From Mytilus californianus (lineage: Eukaryota), in contig NW_026262581.1 in assembly GCF_021869535.1 (NCBI RefSeq), positions 16,058,001 to 16,122,000 on the forward strand: a stretch of DNA of 64,000 nucleotides, given 5' to 3'. The first letter of the stretch is position 1. Every line of letters starts with the position of its first letter. Below the pieces are notes generated by a model that searched no databases, had not been told where the DNA came from, and saw only the letters and a program-made list of their open reading frames with translations. This document shows positions 35,053-49,455 of this stretch, piece after piece. Position numbers and translations under genes: made by a program.

Positions 35053-38000
35053 TTCACTATACACACAGTTTTTTATTGATAACTTCTTTAAAGATAATTT
35101 CATTAAGATCAATTTGTCTACAGAAAAAAGTCACTCACGATACAAAGCTTATAATTTAGTACGCTAGTAAATATATCATTCAAAATGTAATGTGCCTTCT
35201 TTGGAGTATTCATGAATGGCACGAAATAGTTTGATTCACTTGAGTTGTAGCTCTTTGAATGCACCACACACTGATAATCGAATCATTGAAATATATAAAA
35301 GATATTATTAGTAGAAAAAATGTTAAAAGCTGATGTACATAGACAGTCAGTAAATATATTTTCTGTCTTAAAGGAGATCATTGGTATTTTGGGGGATTTA
35401 CATCAATTGACGAAAAATTATTATCCCAGAACCCTCTTCAATAGTTCATAATCACTAAGTGGTTCATTATTACTCGGTAAAATTTTGTATATGTTGGTTC
35501 AAACTGACCAATTATTAAGTTAATTTTAAACATTTTTAATCCTGTCTTGGATTTCAATCGGGGAAAAGTAGTCATAGTAATCTGAAATTGGACTAACATG
35601 TCACTGTTCCTGCTAAAAAGATAAGAATTCAACGTTTTTAATAAAATTAAATATTAAAAAAAAACATACGTTAATTAATGTTTGTAAAGCTATTGACCCG
35701 ATTCTATAAATTGCTATCTCAGGGAAAGTCCTGACAACTGGTGTAGATTGACACACTCAATTATTTTATGAAGACTGTCATATACATTATTATCTCATTA
35801 GACTCAAAAGTCTATTCGAGCTATTGCATTTTATGGCACCATCGTCCATTTACTTTTTAAACGTTTTGTCCACTGGGACTTAATGTTATCAGAATCGTCC
35901 CATCGACGTCCGTATGATTTTCTGTCGATAATGAAGCAATGGCTGTTATTGCTGCAAATAAAGCATAAAGGTAACCCCAACACTATTAAAACAATCAAGT
36001 TTATGGCTAAAAATCTTTGGTAAGTAATACATTTATAATGGTCTAGATGGGGGTCCTTCAATTCATTTCCTTATTCCTTAATTTTATACCATTTTTTTTC
36101 TATTCTTTACTTATTTTGCCCATTGTTCTCTCTTCTTTAATGTTCAGCACCCCGTTATTCTCTGTTCTTTATGTTGCACCTGTTCCAAGCTAATATTTTT
36201 ATTACTTCCTTTTGATAGAATTACAACTTTTCGATTAAGAAATTTCACGAAAATAGCAGTCTTCTCGTTCCTTGCCAGAAACCCTTGCAACTATTTAACT
36301 AATACGTGTTATATAACTTTGTTATGAGCAGTTCTACTTGACATTCATTTTACCTTCTATCAAAGAATAACCCTAATTAAGAAGCAAAATACCGTAGCCT
36401 AACTTTGATAAGAGAGAAACACATGTTATACACACTATACCATGTATATTTAAGTTTGTTGATTTCTGTTTACAAAAGGTTTCGATTGTGACACAGGAAC
36501 TGAACCAGACAACATCACATTAACGTCTTCCAGGAGATTTAATTTACGTGTGCTTAAATGTTTATCTGTCATGCAACGTTTGTTTGATGTCCTTATCACA
36601 AATATGTTACTTCAGCGTGATGCTTTAAACTATTCAAGACCGATTTCGTTCAATAAATTGTTGGTTGTTGATTTAGGGATTGAACTGCGAACTAAACTAA
36701 ACAAGACACTTATCTGTAGTGAAGTACATTATGGAGTATGCGTTCCTTGTAATAGAATACATATACAAAGCGTTCTAACAGACGTATTCGTTGTGTGAAT
36801 GTCGTGTTGATTTAATGGCATAAAGAAAGACTAAGCCATGCAGAAGTTTCAACAAACAAATACACCGAAACTCGTATTCAACAACTGGAACCCATAAAAA
36901 TATCATATCTAACCCTACCAAATGACAACATTTATATACCATAGGTACATGTAAATTGTATGTAAAATCATATGCATTACACCTCATTTTTCATGAAATA
37001 GATTTGGAAAATTTGAGCGTCAAATATTTGTTTAAAAACACTACAATAATTTCTGTGAAAATACGGACTGTCAAACAGACAATGTCATATAAAACATGCA
37101 AAAAACAATCTTAATGTTCATATCAACAGACTTTGAAGGCTATATTATAATCGTTTTCATAACTGTGAGGACGAGACCATTTCTTGGCGCGGCCAGGTCT
37201 CTCATTGACTGGGTTAGATTAGGTGAACGTTCGTCTGTAACGCCCACTTATCACGTCGTAGATATAGGAAGATGTGGTATGAGTGCCAATGAGACAACTC
37301 TCCATCCAAGTTACAATTTATAAAAGTAAACCGTCAAGGTACGGCCTTCAACACGGAGCATTGGCTCACACCGATTAGCAAGCTATAAAGGGCCCCAATG
37401 AATTACTAGCGTAAAACCATTCAAACGGAAAACCAACGGTCTAATCTATATAAAAACGAGAAACGAGAAACACGTATGAACTACATAAATAGACGACAAC
37501 TACTGTAATCAGATTCCTGACTAAGGACAGGTGCAAATATTTGCAGCGGGAGTAAACGTTTAAATGGTACCAAACCTTCTCCCTTTTCTGAAACAAAAGT
37601 ATAACATCACAACATAGAAAAACACACTATAAAATATCAATTGGAAGGCTTAACTCATTCAAAAAACGTAAATTAACACACAATGAACGAATAAATTTGA
37701 CCTGTGACACCTGAATGCAAATACACAGTTAATAAAAATTACAAGGGATAAATAATTAAAGTCAAAAGTAAATAAACTGGTTTAAACAAAGTTAAAGTAT
37801 GATATCACTGTGAAATGTCAAAACAATTTTTAGAAAATCATCACTTTTGAAGAAACCTGCGTCATATTATACACAGGTAAATGAAAAAAAGTTTGTTGTT
37901 AAGTATACTTCTTCTTCTGTGTGTATAAAATCTTCCGTTTAGGAATACCAAGAAATTTCTTCAATATCAATAAAACTAATCTAACACTTGGTACATATGA

Positions 38001-39904
38001 AGTGAATATCAACAATAAACTATACAATTAGTGCTAGATAAAACTTCCTGTACAGGTCCAAGAACAGCATCTAAGAAAATATGAAATAATTTTGATGTTC
38101 ATAGTACGAAGAAGTAAAAATTTGTAGTAATACCAAATAATCAAAGCTGGTATATAGACAAGATCCATGTTAACATTAAATAACAAAAAAGCATTACAAA
38201 TAGTATCAACAGGTCAAATTAAAAAGAAAGTACGATTTGAGAGTACGCGTATTTATTATAGACATTTAAACTGTGGAGTCGCCAAAGGTTCTCAACGCCT
38301 AAATAAAATAATTCGAAAAACTAGTAAAGGAATAACCTTTGAGTTTTGATATATATTAAATACTTACACATTCTTTACTTGCGTTCTTTTTTATGTTTTG
38401 ATAAACAACTTTTATGATATTGCAGGTTCTTCAAACATAAAAATAATTTTACTAGCTTTAAAAGTTACAATGTATATGTTGGCTATTATCTTTTTCGGAC
38501 GTTAAAGCGATTAACCCATTGCGGTTGTCACTTAGAATATTTTAAATTATTATCTTGTGTAAAATTTTATTTTAGAACGAATGCATGATCAACTTTCAAT
38601 AGTTGTGCAATTACAAAACATAGACAAAATATACTTTCGTACGGTCTTTTTCGTACTTGCAAGAGATTGGACAGTAAAAAGCTATTTGGAACAAGCCTTA
38701 TGAAATTTGCATTTACTTTACGAAATAGGTAAAATGTATAGTTTGAGTTTGATGTATATAGGAAACATTATTGCTAACTGCCATACTTGTGAAAAACCCT
38801 TGGTAGCAGAATAATTATGCACTGACTATTCTTCTTTTTCTGAGTGTGTGTGGTTTTTTTTATTTTGGGGGGGATTGTTTTTTTTTTCTCATGCACATAC
38901 ATGAACATTACTTTTTAATCTCAGTGTCGTATTTTTTTCGTCTCTTTTTTTGAATGTAAATCAATTAGTTTTTTCCCTCTTTTTTCTGAAACAAAGGTTT
39001 TTTTCCTTTCCAATATTTTATTAGAATCAATTAATTGTTTTGAAGAAACGGCCAAACTTACACACACACAATAATTGACGGCAGTTTATATATCAACTTC
39101 GTCCTTTTTAAGATCGCAATGAAAATGTGCATAAAATATATGTATCAATTTTTTTCTCTTAAGGTATTTTGTGAATTAACCCCATGGACTTAAAAAATTT
39201 AAATCGAAATGTGTTAATGTTTATATCGATTATTTAATTATATTAGCTCTGGACATTTATTATTCTCTTAAATGAAACTGTTTTGTGTGCTGATATAAAG
39301 AATATTTCAAACAAGTTCCTTTAAAGTTTTGTGAAAAGAGTTTCATTTTATGTATCAAAATGTGTAACAAGTGATTATCTAAATCCCCACATGAAGGCCA
39401 CTGACTGAGTGAGCGTAGAATCATTGTTATCGATAGCCGATGACAAACAAGTTAAATAAATCATTCAGTATTATTAACAACAAAAGTACTACGGTTGTCC
39501 ACTCTGTTACGGGAATACCTCTATTCTCTAGCTATCTAAAAATCAATTTTATTGCACAAAAACTTTCATATTTAAAAAAAATCACCATGGCCAAAATGCG
39601 AAACCAAACTCTTGTGTATTGCTGCCTTAAGGTGAAACATACAGAGTTGAATTTACATATGTACTTCTAACATGTAATTCCTTCATTATAAATTGAGGCA
39701 ATTGTGGACAATTTTAATGTTAATTTAGGACAATTTAAATTTCTGTTTAGTTAAGGGATTATAAATACGAGTACAAAAAACAAAACGAGTGAAAAATGCA
39801 AATGTTTTTAAATGAATACAAATCTACTTTGTATGATATAATGAAAATGAAGTACATTAAGCGTACAGGAGGTGAGCCGTTAATTTAAAGCTTATGTGCT
39901 TTGT

Positions 39905-41047
39905 CTATATACCATTTCGTTTTTCTTTGTTGACAGATTTGTTTGTTTATATAGTGATTAAGATTATAGCACACTGTTGACTACTGTACCCCTATTTTTG
40001 AAATTTTTACCTATTATGTCTGTTTGTTTTGTTCACACATTGTTGTCAATATAATGGAATTTTATGCGACTGTCATACAAGTGAGAGATTTAGCTAGCAA
40101 TAAAACCAGGTTTATTCCACCATTTCCTACATAAGGAAATACCTGTACCACGTCAGGAATATGACAGTTGTTTTCCATTCGTTTGATGTGTTTTTTTATT
40201 TTGCCATTTGATAAGGGACTTTTCGATTTGAATTTTCCTTGGAGTTCGGTATTTTTGTTATTTTGCTTTTTAAAATCTTTCCAGCTTGTTTGAGAAAATT
40301 GACGTAGAGGGACGAAAAATGTATAAACGTCTGCAACTTTAATATTATTCTGATATGTCCAAACAGCACATGAAAAGCAGGAAAATTAGAAATAAGCTTG
40401 CAAATAATAAAGAATGTAACACAAAAAACAATTAAAGCAGCTGTTTTGAAATACTGATGCCATTTATCCATCGACTGCTTCAACAACTCCCTTGCTGTAG
40501 AAGAAAGCTTGTGTTGGCGCCTCCGATATTTTTTTGATGGTTCAACATGTATTTGATACACATCCTTGTCTGATAGCGATGGGATAATTAAACCTGTTGA
40601 CCCATATAAAGATGTTTTGCAGATTTTACATCACTCTTTCGGGGAGAGTGTCTAAAAAAGCAAAAAGGGGATGTTAAATTTGATGTATACCTTTTTGTGC
40701 TTCTTTGTTACATTTGTTTGTTTTTATAGTGATTTAGATGATAACACAATGTTGACTGCTGTACCCCTATTTTTTGACATTTTTACCTATTGTGTCTGTT
40801 TGTTTCGTTCACGCATCGTTGTCAATATAATGGAATTCGATGCGACTGTCATACAAGTGAGAGGATTAGCTAGCTATAAAACCAGGTTCAATCCACCATT
40901 TTCTACATAAGAAAATGCCTTTACCAAGTCAGGAATATGACAGTTGTTAATCATTCGTTTGATGTGTTTGAGCTTTTGATTTTGCCATTTGATTAGGGAC
41001 TTTCCTTTTTGAATTTTGAGTTCAGTATTTTTGTGATTTTACTTTTT
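39905..41047 (+). repeat. Two direct copies (39905-40270 and 40685-41047) of a ~370-bp dispersed repeat. Other copies at ~5730-5915 (-), ~33225-33480, ~46950-47345
   Basis: All copies share the core ttgtcaatataatggaatt...tataaaaccagg...caggaatatgacagttg...ttgccatttgat...ggagttcggtattt. Confidence 0.85.
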
Positions 41048-44000
41048 CTTTTCATTGTTAAAAGTAACAAAAAAATCATAACATACACTTTACGTCTCAT
41101 TCTTAAGGAATGAAGAAACCTTATCTGACCATTGCCTTGGTCTGTAAAAGTAGCCCTTCCTGACAAAAAATAGTGATTTTGATGTCATTGTTTACTTAAA
41201 CTAACCAACAATTTTGAAGAAATGAAACTTTTGTTTAAAGAGAAATATATGTAGATCATTTTGAGCCAAAATTTACTTATCCATTAGTTTGCATTAAAAA
41301 TTGAGGATTAATGCGCTTCATAGTATACTTATTTAAGATTTCCAGAAAACTAAGGGTTATTTTTAGCAGTACTTGTCTTCCCAACGTTAGTATTTTCTTA
41401 CAAGACTTTAAACATAGGTTGCAAATTGGCATGTAGAAAGATGATACATGTACAATTCATGATATACCTGGTTTCTATAAATTTAAAATTAAGGTAAAAT
41501 GTTTAGAAAGCTGTGAAATTTGTAAAATTTGGTTGACATTTATAGGGATTTTGAGATGGTTGTCTGACACCTTGAAGTCTAAATTTTTCGGCTCTGCATA
41601 TGTTTAACTTTTATATTTTCTACGATGGGTCAAACAGGCGACGTCGTTTTATTCAGGACAATAAACTATAAATGGTTTTGTAACATGTAGTATTAACTAG
41701 ACTTGCCTTAAAATCATACAGATTGTGAGATCGATATAGTATAATTTATATCATATAATGGAAGTCTTAATGACGATATAATTACCACCCATCGTACTAA
41801 CAAGGAGGTGTATAGCCAACTAATCTTTAATTGCTGCTTTGTTGAAGCTACTAGAATAGAAGACAATAACAGTTTGTCAAGAACTCCACTTCTTTCAGTA
41901 GTCGGATATATATTTGCATTCGATATATCTGCCGGGCTCAAAAACAATGCGTTCAATTGATTTATTCAGTTTGTTTTTGACAGAATCAAAATAATAAATA
42001 CTCGAGACAAAACAATGTTTGGATATTTATTTACATTCGATAAGTACGGACTGTGGTTTGACCTTTGGAAAACAATTTGTACAATGTCAGATTGAAAATA
42101 CTGTTTGACCAGAAACGATAAAGATTACTAGAAATTGAAATAAGGAAGCAATTATACTAAATACTGCCCTGCACTCATGACTTAATGTTGATTTTCATTA
42201 TTAAATTTTTCTGTTATTTTTTAGTTAAATAAGTATGTAATTATACTAAAATGTATGGTTGAAATATTTCTTTACGAGAATTTCACCTAAAATCGGTTTA
42301 GCTGTTAGACTGCCCTTTTGGTTTCATACTTTAAAACGATTTATAGTTTTGACTTCAGAAACTTCAAGTCTCTAACGTACCTGACGAAAGTTATCAAAGA
42401 AACAAGGTCTTGCTGACAGAAGTAAGTATCATGCGTATATTATAATAGACATGAAATCAAGAAGTCCTTATGAGGAAGGTTCTAACTCATTGGAATCAGT
42501 CGCATTCAAAATCACATATGTATCTTCATAAGAAAAAGATTTATCTAATATTGTCTAAAATACAACTTATTGTCCGTGTGTAAGTGAGACTCTTATTATA
42601 AAGGAAAGTGACCGAGTCAGACATGAAATTGGCATTGTATAAAATATAACTTTGTAACTATTATTTAAGAAATAAAAGACAGCAGGAAATTTTTCCACTG
42701 AAGTTTGAATACCAAAGATTATCAGTTTCAGCTGCACACATTCGGGTAAGACCAAAAGTGATGACAATAGTATAAACGAAATTACTCGTACTTTCATTAC
42801 AGGTGTACTAATTAATTTGTTTTACGTCCGATATTAGTTTTATTGCAAAAACTAAACTTGTGACAAACAAACACCATAGAACTTGTGTCCATCAGATATA
42901 TCCATCGGAAAGTAATTAGATGAGGTTTTGTACCTAAGGGCAGCGCATAAATATAGATTGAGTATTCTCCAAATGTCATAATTTGAAAGCAAAGAGAAAT
43001 ACATCATGTTATTTTTCGTGACCCTAATGGCGATATAGATCATTATGCCTTTAATTCTATACTATATAACAAGACCCGACAGACGTAAGGTTGCGTGATA
43101 AAATTATATTATAAATTTTCAGTGGATGACTTGTATACTGTAGTAAATTTATACAGTCTAGGGGAAAGATTATTGATACAGAATACTCCTACAATATTTT
43201 CTTTGCCTCGTGGTTTTCAAGGTCAAAGTTGATTGTTTTGCCTTCTTGTTTTCGTCCCTTTGAATATAAAGATATCTTAAGTACATGTAAACGACACACT
43301 GCAACTCAATAAAGTAAGACCACCAAACGGTTATATTCGATTCAAAGGTTAACATTGCTTTTCAAATTAAGTCAAGGTCAAAATTTTATTCTTGGAAATA
43401 GAAATTGTTAAAGAAGCCTAACAACTGGATGTGATTAAATATTGTGTATTTTTTATCAGATTTATACGACAGATGTCACTTGTTGAGCAGGAACTGCTGT
43501 TCCTTCATGAACACCAGAGTTTATCCCGGGTTATTTTTTTTTTGTTTGGTTCATTGTGTTTAATCTTAAGTGTTCTGTGTAGTGTATGTGAAGATTTGTC
43601 TTTTTGGTATGGACTGTTTTTCTTCGACTTACTGTTTTTGATTTGATCTTCAAATATTCATTGTATATAAAACGTCTTTAGTAAACAGAAAAATCCATAA
43701 AAGTTCAGTAGACAAAAGACATAACATTTAAAACGTAGGCTAACTCAAATACATCAAAGCAGCCAGGCTTAATATGTTAAACTTCACCGACGATATGACA
43801 GATACAAAAATAATCGGGGAATATTCTTGAAAAAACATGAATAATATCAGATTAAAACCCACACGCTTCATATGAATACTAATATACATCTTACGTTATA
43901 ATCGAAATAAGGCTATACATTAAAAAACTATTCATAATTGTTCTACTTCCTACAGAAAGTAAGGTAATACAGTCCTGAATGCAAAAGTCTAATGTATATA

Positions 44001-46560
44001 TGAAGTACAACATATAGAATTGTCTAATAGCCGCCCAGCAAACAAAATTTCGAACGATTTTTTCAGGAGAGGGGGAGTTGTGATTGATTTTCCTTTTAAA
44101 TTACATATTTAGTGGAAACATATTTTATTAATTAAATTCCAATTAGATAAAATAGAAAATTTGAAATGAACATATTAATACAAATAAATTATTTATAGAA
44201 TCCAGAAACAAGCTGTTAACTCATATTTTTCAGTTGCCTAATTCATTATTGTGTTCGTCCATATCGTACTCAATCCATAGTGACATGTTTCTAATCGTGT
44301 TGTTTTTTTATAAATTTAATTCAGTTCAGAACAGACACCACACGTAGTTGTAGCTCAACATACCAGCGAAGATTATAGTAATTAATACAGTATACGTCTC
44401 ATTTACGTTATATTGATCTTCAACTAAAGGAAAACGGGGAAATAAGGATTGTTATCTTTTCTGAGGTCTGGCACAAATAAAAGACTTTCAATATAATGAC
44501 GTATAATACATGCATATTTCTACTTTGACTATTACTTTCCATTCATGAAGCTATTTTGAAATTTTGAAGGTATTTGCTTACAATCTGATATCTCTAAACT
44601 AAGCATAATAAACACTACTCTTTTAAAGAAATTTCCAAAACATTTTTTTCAAGTAGGTAATACGCTAAGGAAAAGAGGAATAGAAGGTTAGGTATCTATT
44701 ATGAGGTCCTGTGCTAATAAAAGTATCTTAATATACAGACTTATTAAATACGTCTATTTTTGCTTTTGACTATTGTTTTCCCATACTTGTAGATGATAGT
44801 TCAAAATGTTGAAATGTTGAAGGCTTCGTTTTGTTATATATATTATTTTACAATTAGGAGTCACACATACTCAAATTTTACTTATCTCTTTGGATTGAGG
44901 ACACATAGTAGAAGGCAAGCATAATTTTCAACTATATTTAAACAAACATTTACAAAATAACCAGACGATTGCAACAAGGTGAAAAGCAATCGTTTTTTTG
45001 CAATAATAATAACAATAATATATATCATTGTGAAATTTTGTCATCACTTTTCAAAAACTGTTTCATTACGGCGGGTCGATTAAAGTATTCAGTGTTTCGA
45101 AGTATAAAGATTTCTTAGTGTCAAATAAAGGAAATAAGTTTTCGATTCAAATGAAGATTAAAGTAGATAATTACAAACGTGAGGCCCTTTCCTATCAGCA
45201 AAGACACCCCCACGTCTGCGAAGTATAGATAAGACAAAACCAATTAACTAAACCAATAGCTGATGCATTATCTGTGTACGCAGATTCACAAATACGATGG
45301 TTAAACAAATTTCTCGTTGCTGGAATGTTAATCTATTCAATGTGCCAATCAATGGACAGGAATTATAAAACGTATGCTTTGTCTTTAATTTTTCGATTGT
45401 GAATTCCTCTTTTCTGAGAAGTTATATCAAGTAAAGCATCGCCAGTGTATGGTGGATACTGCAACTGTAATTTATCCTTCAACAGTTTATACAACGCTAA
45501 ACCACATCTTCTTTCAGTGTAAACATTATAGTGGACTCCAGACGAGTTGGGAATCATTACTAGGTGATTACATCTCTAAAAAAAGATGATGAACTTTTGT
45601 AAGTGGGTGTGTTTTGCTACCGAACTTTGCCGCATTATCTTCGATAAAGCATCTGGTGCGGTAAAAATGGTACCGCTGAATAATATCACTACCACTTTGT
45701 CAATTCATTTGTTGGTGAACTTGGCACCCTAGGGTATCACCAGCCCAGTAGCTCAGTACTTCGGTACATACAAGAAATTGCGGATTTTGTTGTATTTTAA
45801 TTTTTCTGTTGTAAAACTAAGGAAATCATTTGAAATTAAGACATAAATCTTCATCATGCATAGCTAAGTTTTCTTGCACGGCTTTGGCTATACTTTTGGT
45901 CCTTTTATATTTCCTATTCAACGTTTGTTTACAAACATTTTGGCAACGGGCATCACTGAAAAGATATTAAAATAGAGGCGAAAGATACCAAAGAAGATTT
46001 TCAAACTCAAAAGTCGAAAACAAACTGCCAATGAAATGGCCAAAAACAAATGAAAACGTAAAGACAGGCAGAGCACGAAGCACAACAAAGAAAACAATTT
46101 AACGACTATGCAACACGAAATCCACAAAAAATTGGGTCGTGTAATTGTCGAAATCCGGGTCAGTTCAATTTGTACGTTTTACTGTTCCTTGTAATGTAAT
46201 TAATGCGCAACACTGTCAGTTCGGCGTGTGGTTCTCATCTGGCCATGGGGAATTTTATGTCATTGTGTTTTTGCAGATTGTTATAATATATATATCACCA
46301 TTCTGAAGATGTAAAAGACAGTGTTCCCAATTTAATTTAATCTTGTCAACTGTGTGTTTTTCTGACTATGTAATTTACCAGTAATCTTGATTGTAAATTA
46401 AAGCATGGTTGGTTTTTCACTTCATAGAGTTAATAATATTATGCAAACGATTGTTCAATATTCGATTTTAACATTAAAGATGAAAAAAATCAATCCTAAA
46501 CAATTTAAAAAAATGTGTAAATGGATGAAAGTAAAATGTTTCAGTATTATTTTGTATGAG

Positions 46561-46879
46561 AGCCGTCTGTCGCCAACATGTCGGACAGCAACTCAAAAAC
46601 GATTTTACCAATTTCATGAAACTTTGGTGAATTGTTAATATCTATTGACGTAAGCTCCCTTTTGATTTTGATAAATTTTAGATCTTACTTTTATGAGATT
46701 TTATTCATAAAAAGGGGGAATTTTCTAGTTTGCGGACAATTACTCAAAAATGCCTTGAGCAGTTTTCATGAAACTTTGATGCCTGGTTTATATCTATTAT
46801 AAATTTTTGATATTACATTGAGGAACTTTTTTCGTTGAAAAAGCGACGGGCGTATCATGCGTTCATGGCACAGCTCTTT
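46561..46879 (+). mobile_element. Degenerate, 5'-truncated HINE-like element
   Basis: ccgtctgtc remnant, two diverged internal units, and a 3' agcgacgggcgtatcatgcgttcatggcacagctcttt hairpin end. Confidence 0.4.
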
Positions 46880-48447
46880 CTTCATTCTTCTTGTGAATGC
46901 CTTAAATGAAGTCTGCCTCATACCAGTAGATGTTGATCTATAGAGTGTCTATATGCCATTTTTTTTTTTTTCACATAGTTGTTTGTTTTTATAGTGATCA
47001 AGATTATAACACCATGTTGACTGCAGTACCCCATTGTTTTACATTTTTACCTATTATGTCTGTTTGTTTTGCTCACATATTGTTGTCAATATAATGGAAT
47101 TCTTCGCGAATGTGAGCGGTATACTACTGTTGCCTTTATTCATACAAATGAGAGGTTCAACTAGCTATAAAACCAGGTTTAATCCACCATTTTAAACACA
47201 AGGAAATGCCTGTACTGCGTAAGGAATATGACAGTTGTTTTCCATTTGCTAATGTGTTTGAACTTTTGATTGTGCCATTTGATAACGGACATTGCGTTTT
47301 GAATTTTCCCTGGAGTTCGGTAATTTTGTTATTTTACTATTTTCAGAATTTTAAAAGAATAATCTCAATCTAAGACTGAAATTTTAAAAGAAAATATACA
47401 ACAGACCTTATATTGATCAGGAGGCTGTTATCATAAAATATAGTTGGTCAAGAGAATTGTCAATACCTATTTTCTTCACCTCATAATTTTCATACTATGA
47501 CTTACATACACATATATTGGTGTGACCTTGTCTGTTGGGAATTAAGGAAGGTGTCTTGCTACATTTTGACACTCTTTTTACCAAAACAAAACATTTTCCA
47601 GAGAATTGAGACACCTTTTACCTGATATTTAAAACACATTGACTTAAACTTATCAACGTACAGGAAACACTTTATGACAACAAATTATTATTTAATTTAT
47701 GACGTTCAACCCGTAATAAAAAAACTATGTACTGGGATGATTACGCCGGCAGGGTTTTACTACAAATCTTACTGTGTTATCCACCAAGTTAACACAACTG
47801 CAATTCACTTATACTTGTGTTCCTTATTGTGTCGATTTGTACATTTATTTTAAATTGCTGTAACGTCTTAAGGTATTTTTAAGGCGGCAAATTATTTCGG
47901 AGTAGACGACGATAGACAAATCTAAATAATATGCAGTAAAAATGTTTGGTAAAACGTGAAAATATATTATAAATATATTGTGTCCGACTCGTTTTTCTAT
48001 ATCCACCTATCAGGAACACTCAAACATACTTGGATATATGAGGATCTAATTGATTCAAAGGCAACTAAAATCAACCAAGGTTAACTTTTCCTGAGAGAGT
48101 TGGAAATGTAGTTTCGTAATGACTGCTAATATTTTCACAAGAGAATTGATAAAAGCTATGTTATAAATCATACCTGTCCTGACGCACGGCCGATTACTAA
48201 GCTGATGACACCCTTGTCCAGCAGAGGTATAGACCCAACGAAAACCAGTGTTTCTCAACAAATTTTTTGTTCAAGCTCAAAAAGAAAGTTTAGATACCAA
48301 GTTCTCCTGGTTGAGTAAGTGATTTTTTTTTATTTTTGATGAATTACTTATTAATCTGCTTGTATGATCTTCACATTTTTTTCGCACAAATGTGTAATGG
48401 CATAATTGAACCCGGCAGTCAATACTTATATGTTGACATCAATTATC

Positions 48448-49404
48448 TTTTTGTCGAGTCTGCGAAATTTATTTCGCGAAAGCGAGACAAAGCAATCCTA
48501 GATTCAGTCGTCGGCGGCGGCGTTAACATTTAGGTTCAGTTTGTGGCTATAAAATTTTGGGACATCAATAACTTTGTCAAACCAACATGGAATTTTATGA
48601 AATTTGGGACAGAAGCTTGTTACTGACTAAAATTAAGTATTCAGGACAAAAAAAAATTCTGTATTTTACTAATAAATGGACTTAGTTTTTTACAGTTAAC
48701 TTCAGATTTTGTCCGAGGTTCAAGTTTTTCAGTCATCAATAACTTTGTCAAAGCTTCATGGAAATTTATGCAATTAGGACGCAAGCTTGTTTATGACCAA
48801 AATATAGTATCCAGAGCAAAATTTGGAAATATTTATTTTCATTTTTCCGTATTTTACTGATAAATGGACTTAGTTTTTTTTTTACAGTTAACAAGTAGAT
48901 ACAGTTTGCGGTTAAAGTTTGTTACATACCAATAACTATGTCAAACCTTCATAGAGTTTTATGAAACTTTAGCAGTAGCTTTTTAATGATTAAGAGATAA
49001 TGTCTGAAGCAAACCTTTGAAAATATATTTTTTTTCATTTTTAGTATTTTTGTTGTCTGCTCTATGGTCGGGTTGTTGTCTCTTTGACACATTCCCCATT
49101 TCCATTCTCAATTTTATTCTTATAGATGGACTTCCTTTTTTACAGTTAACATTTACAGACAGTCTAGGATTAATGTTTTTTACATGATAAATTTGTAAAC
49201 CTTCATGGATTGTTATGAAACTTGGACAAAAGCTCATCTTCAAGACCAAGAAAAAGCATCTAAAGAAAAAGTTTGATTTTTTTTATAAATTCTGTATTTT
49301 ACTGATAAATGGACTCACTTTTTAAGTAAACATTACACTTTAAAACTGACAGCAGCAATCACAGGCGAGACACAGGGTTCCGTGGAACCCCTTATGAATT
49401 TTTT
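48448..49404 (+). mobile_element. HINE-like element with internal degenerate tandem units
   Basis: 5' tttttgtcgagtctgcga...gtcgtcggcggcggcg, 3' caggcgagacac followed by hairpin gggttccgtggaaccc (49375-49390). Confidence 0.7.
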
Positions 49405-49411
49405 GAATCGA

Positions 49412-49455
49412 GCGTAACTGATGAGTCTTTTTTAGACGAAATGCGCGTCTGGCGT
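49412..49455 (+). ncRNA. Type I minimal hammerhead ribozyme motif with an intact catalytic core
   Basis: gcgtaa-CTGATGA-GTC-tttttta-GAC-GAAA-TGCGC-GTC/tggcgt. CUGAUGA is at 49418-49424 and GAAA at 49438-49441. Stem II is 3 bp, stem III is short and self-complementary (AUGCGCGU), and the predicted cleavage is after GUC at 49449. Confidence 0.75.

Noticed and set aside
35368-35390. Second Kolobok terminus (ttaaaggagatc)
   Set aside because: I found no matching opposite TIR in the window.
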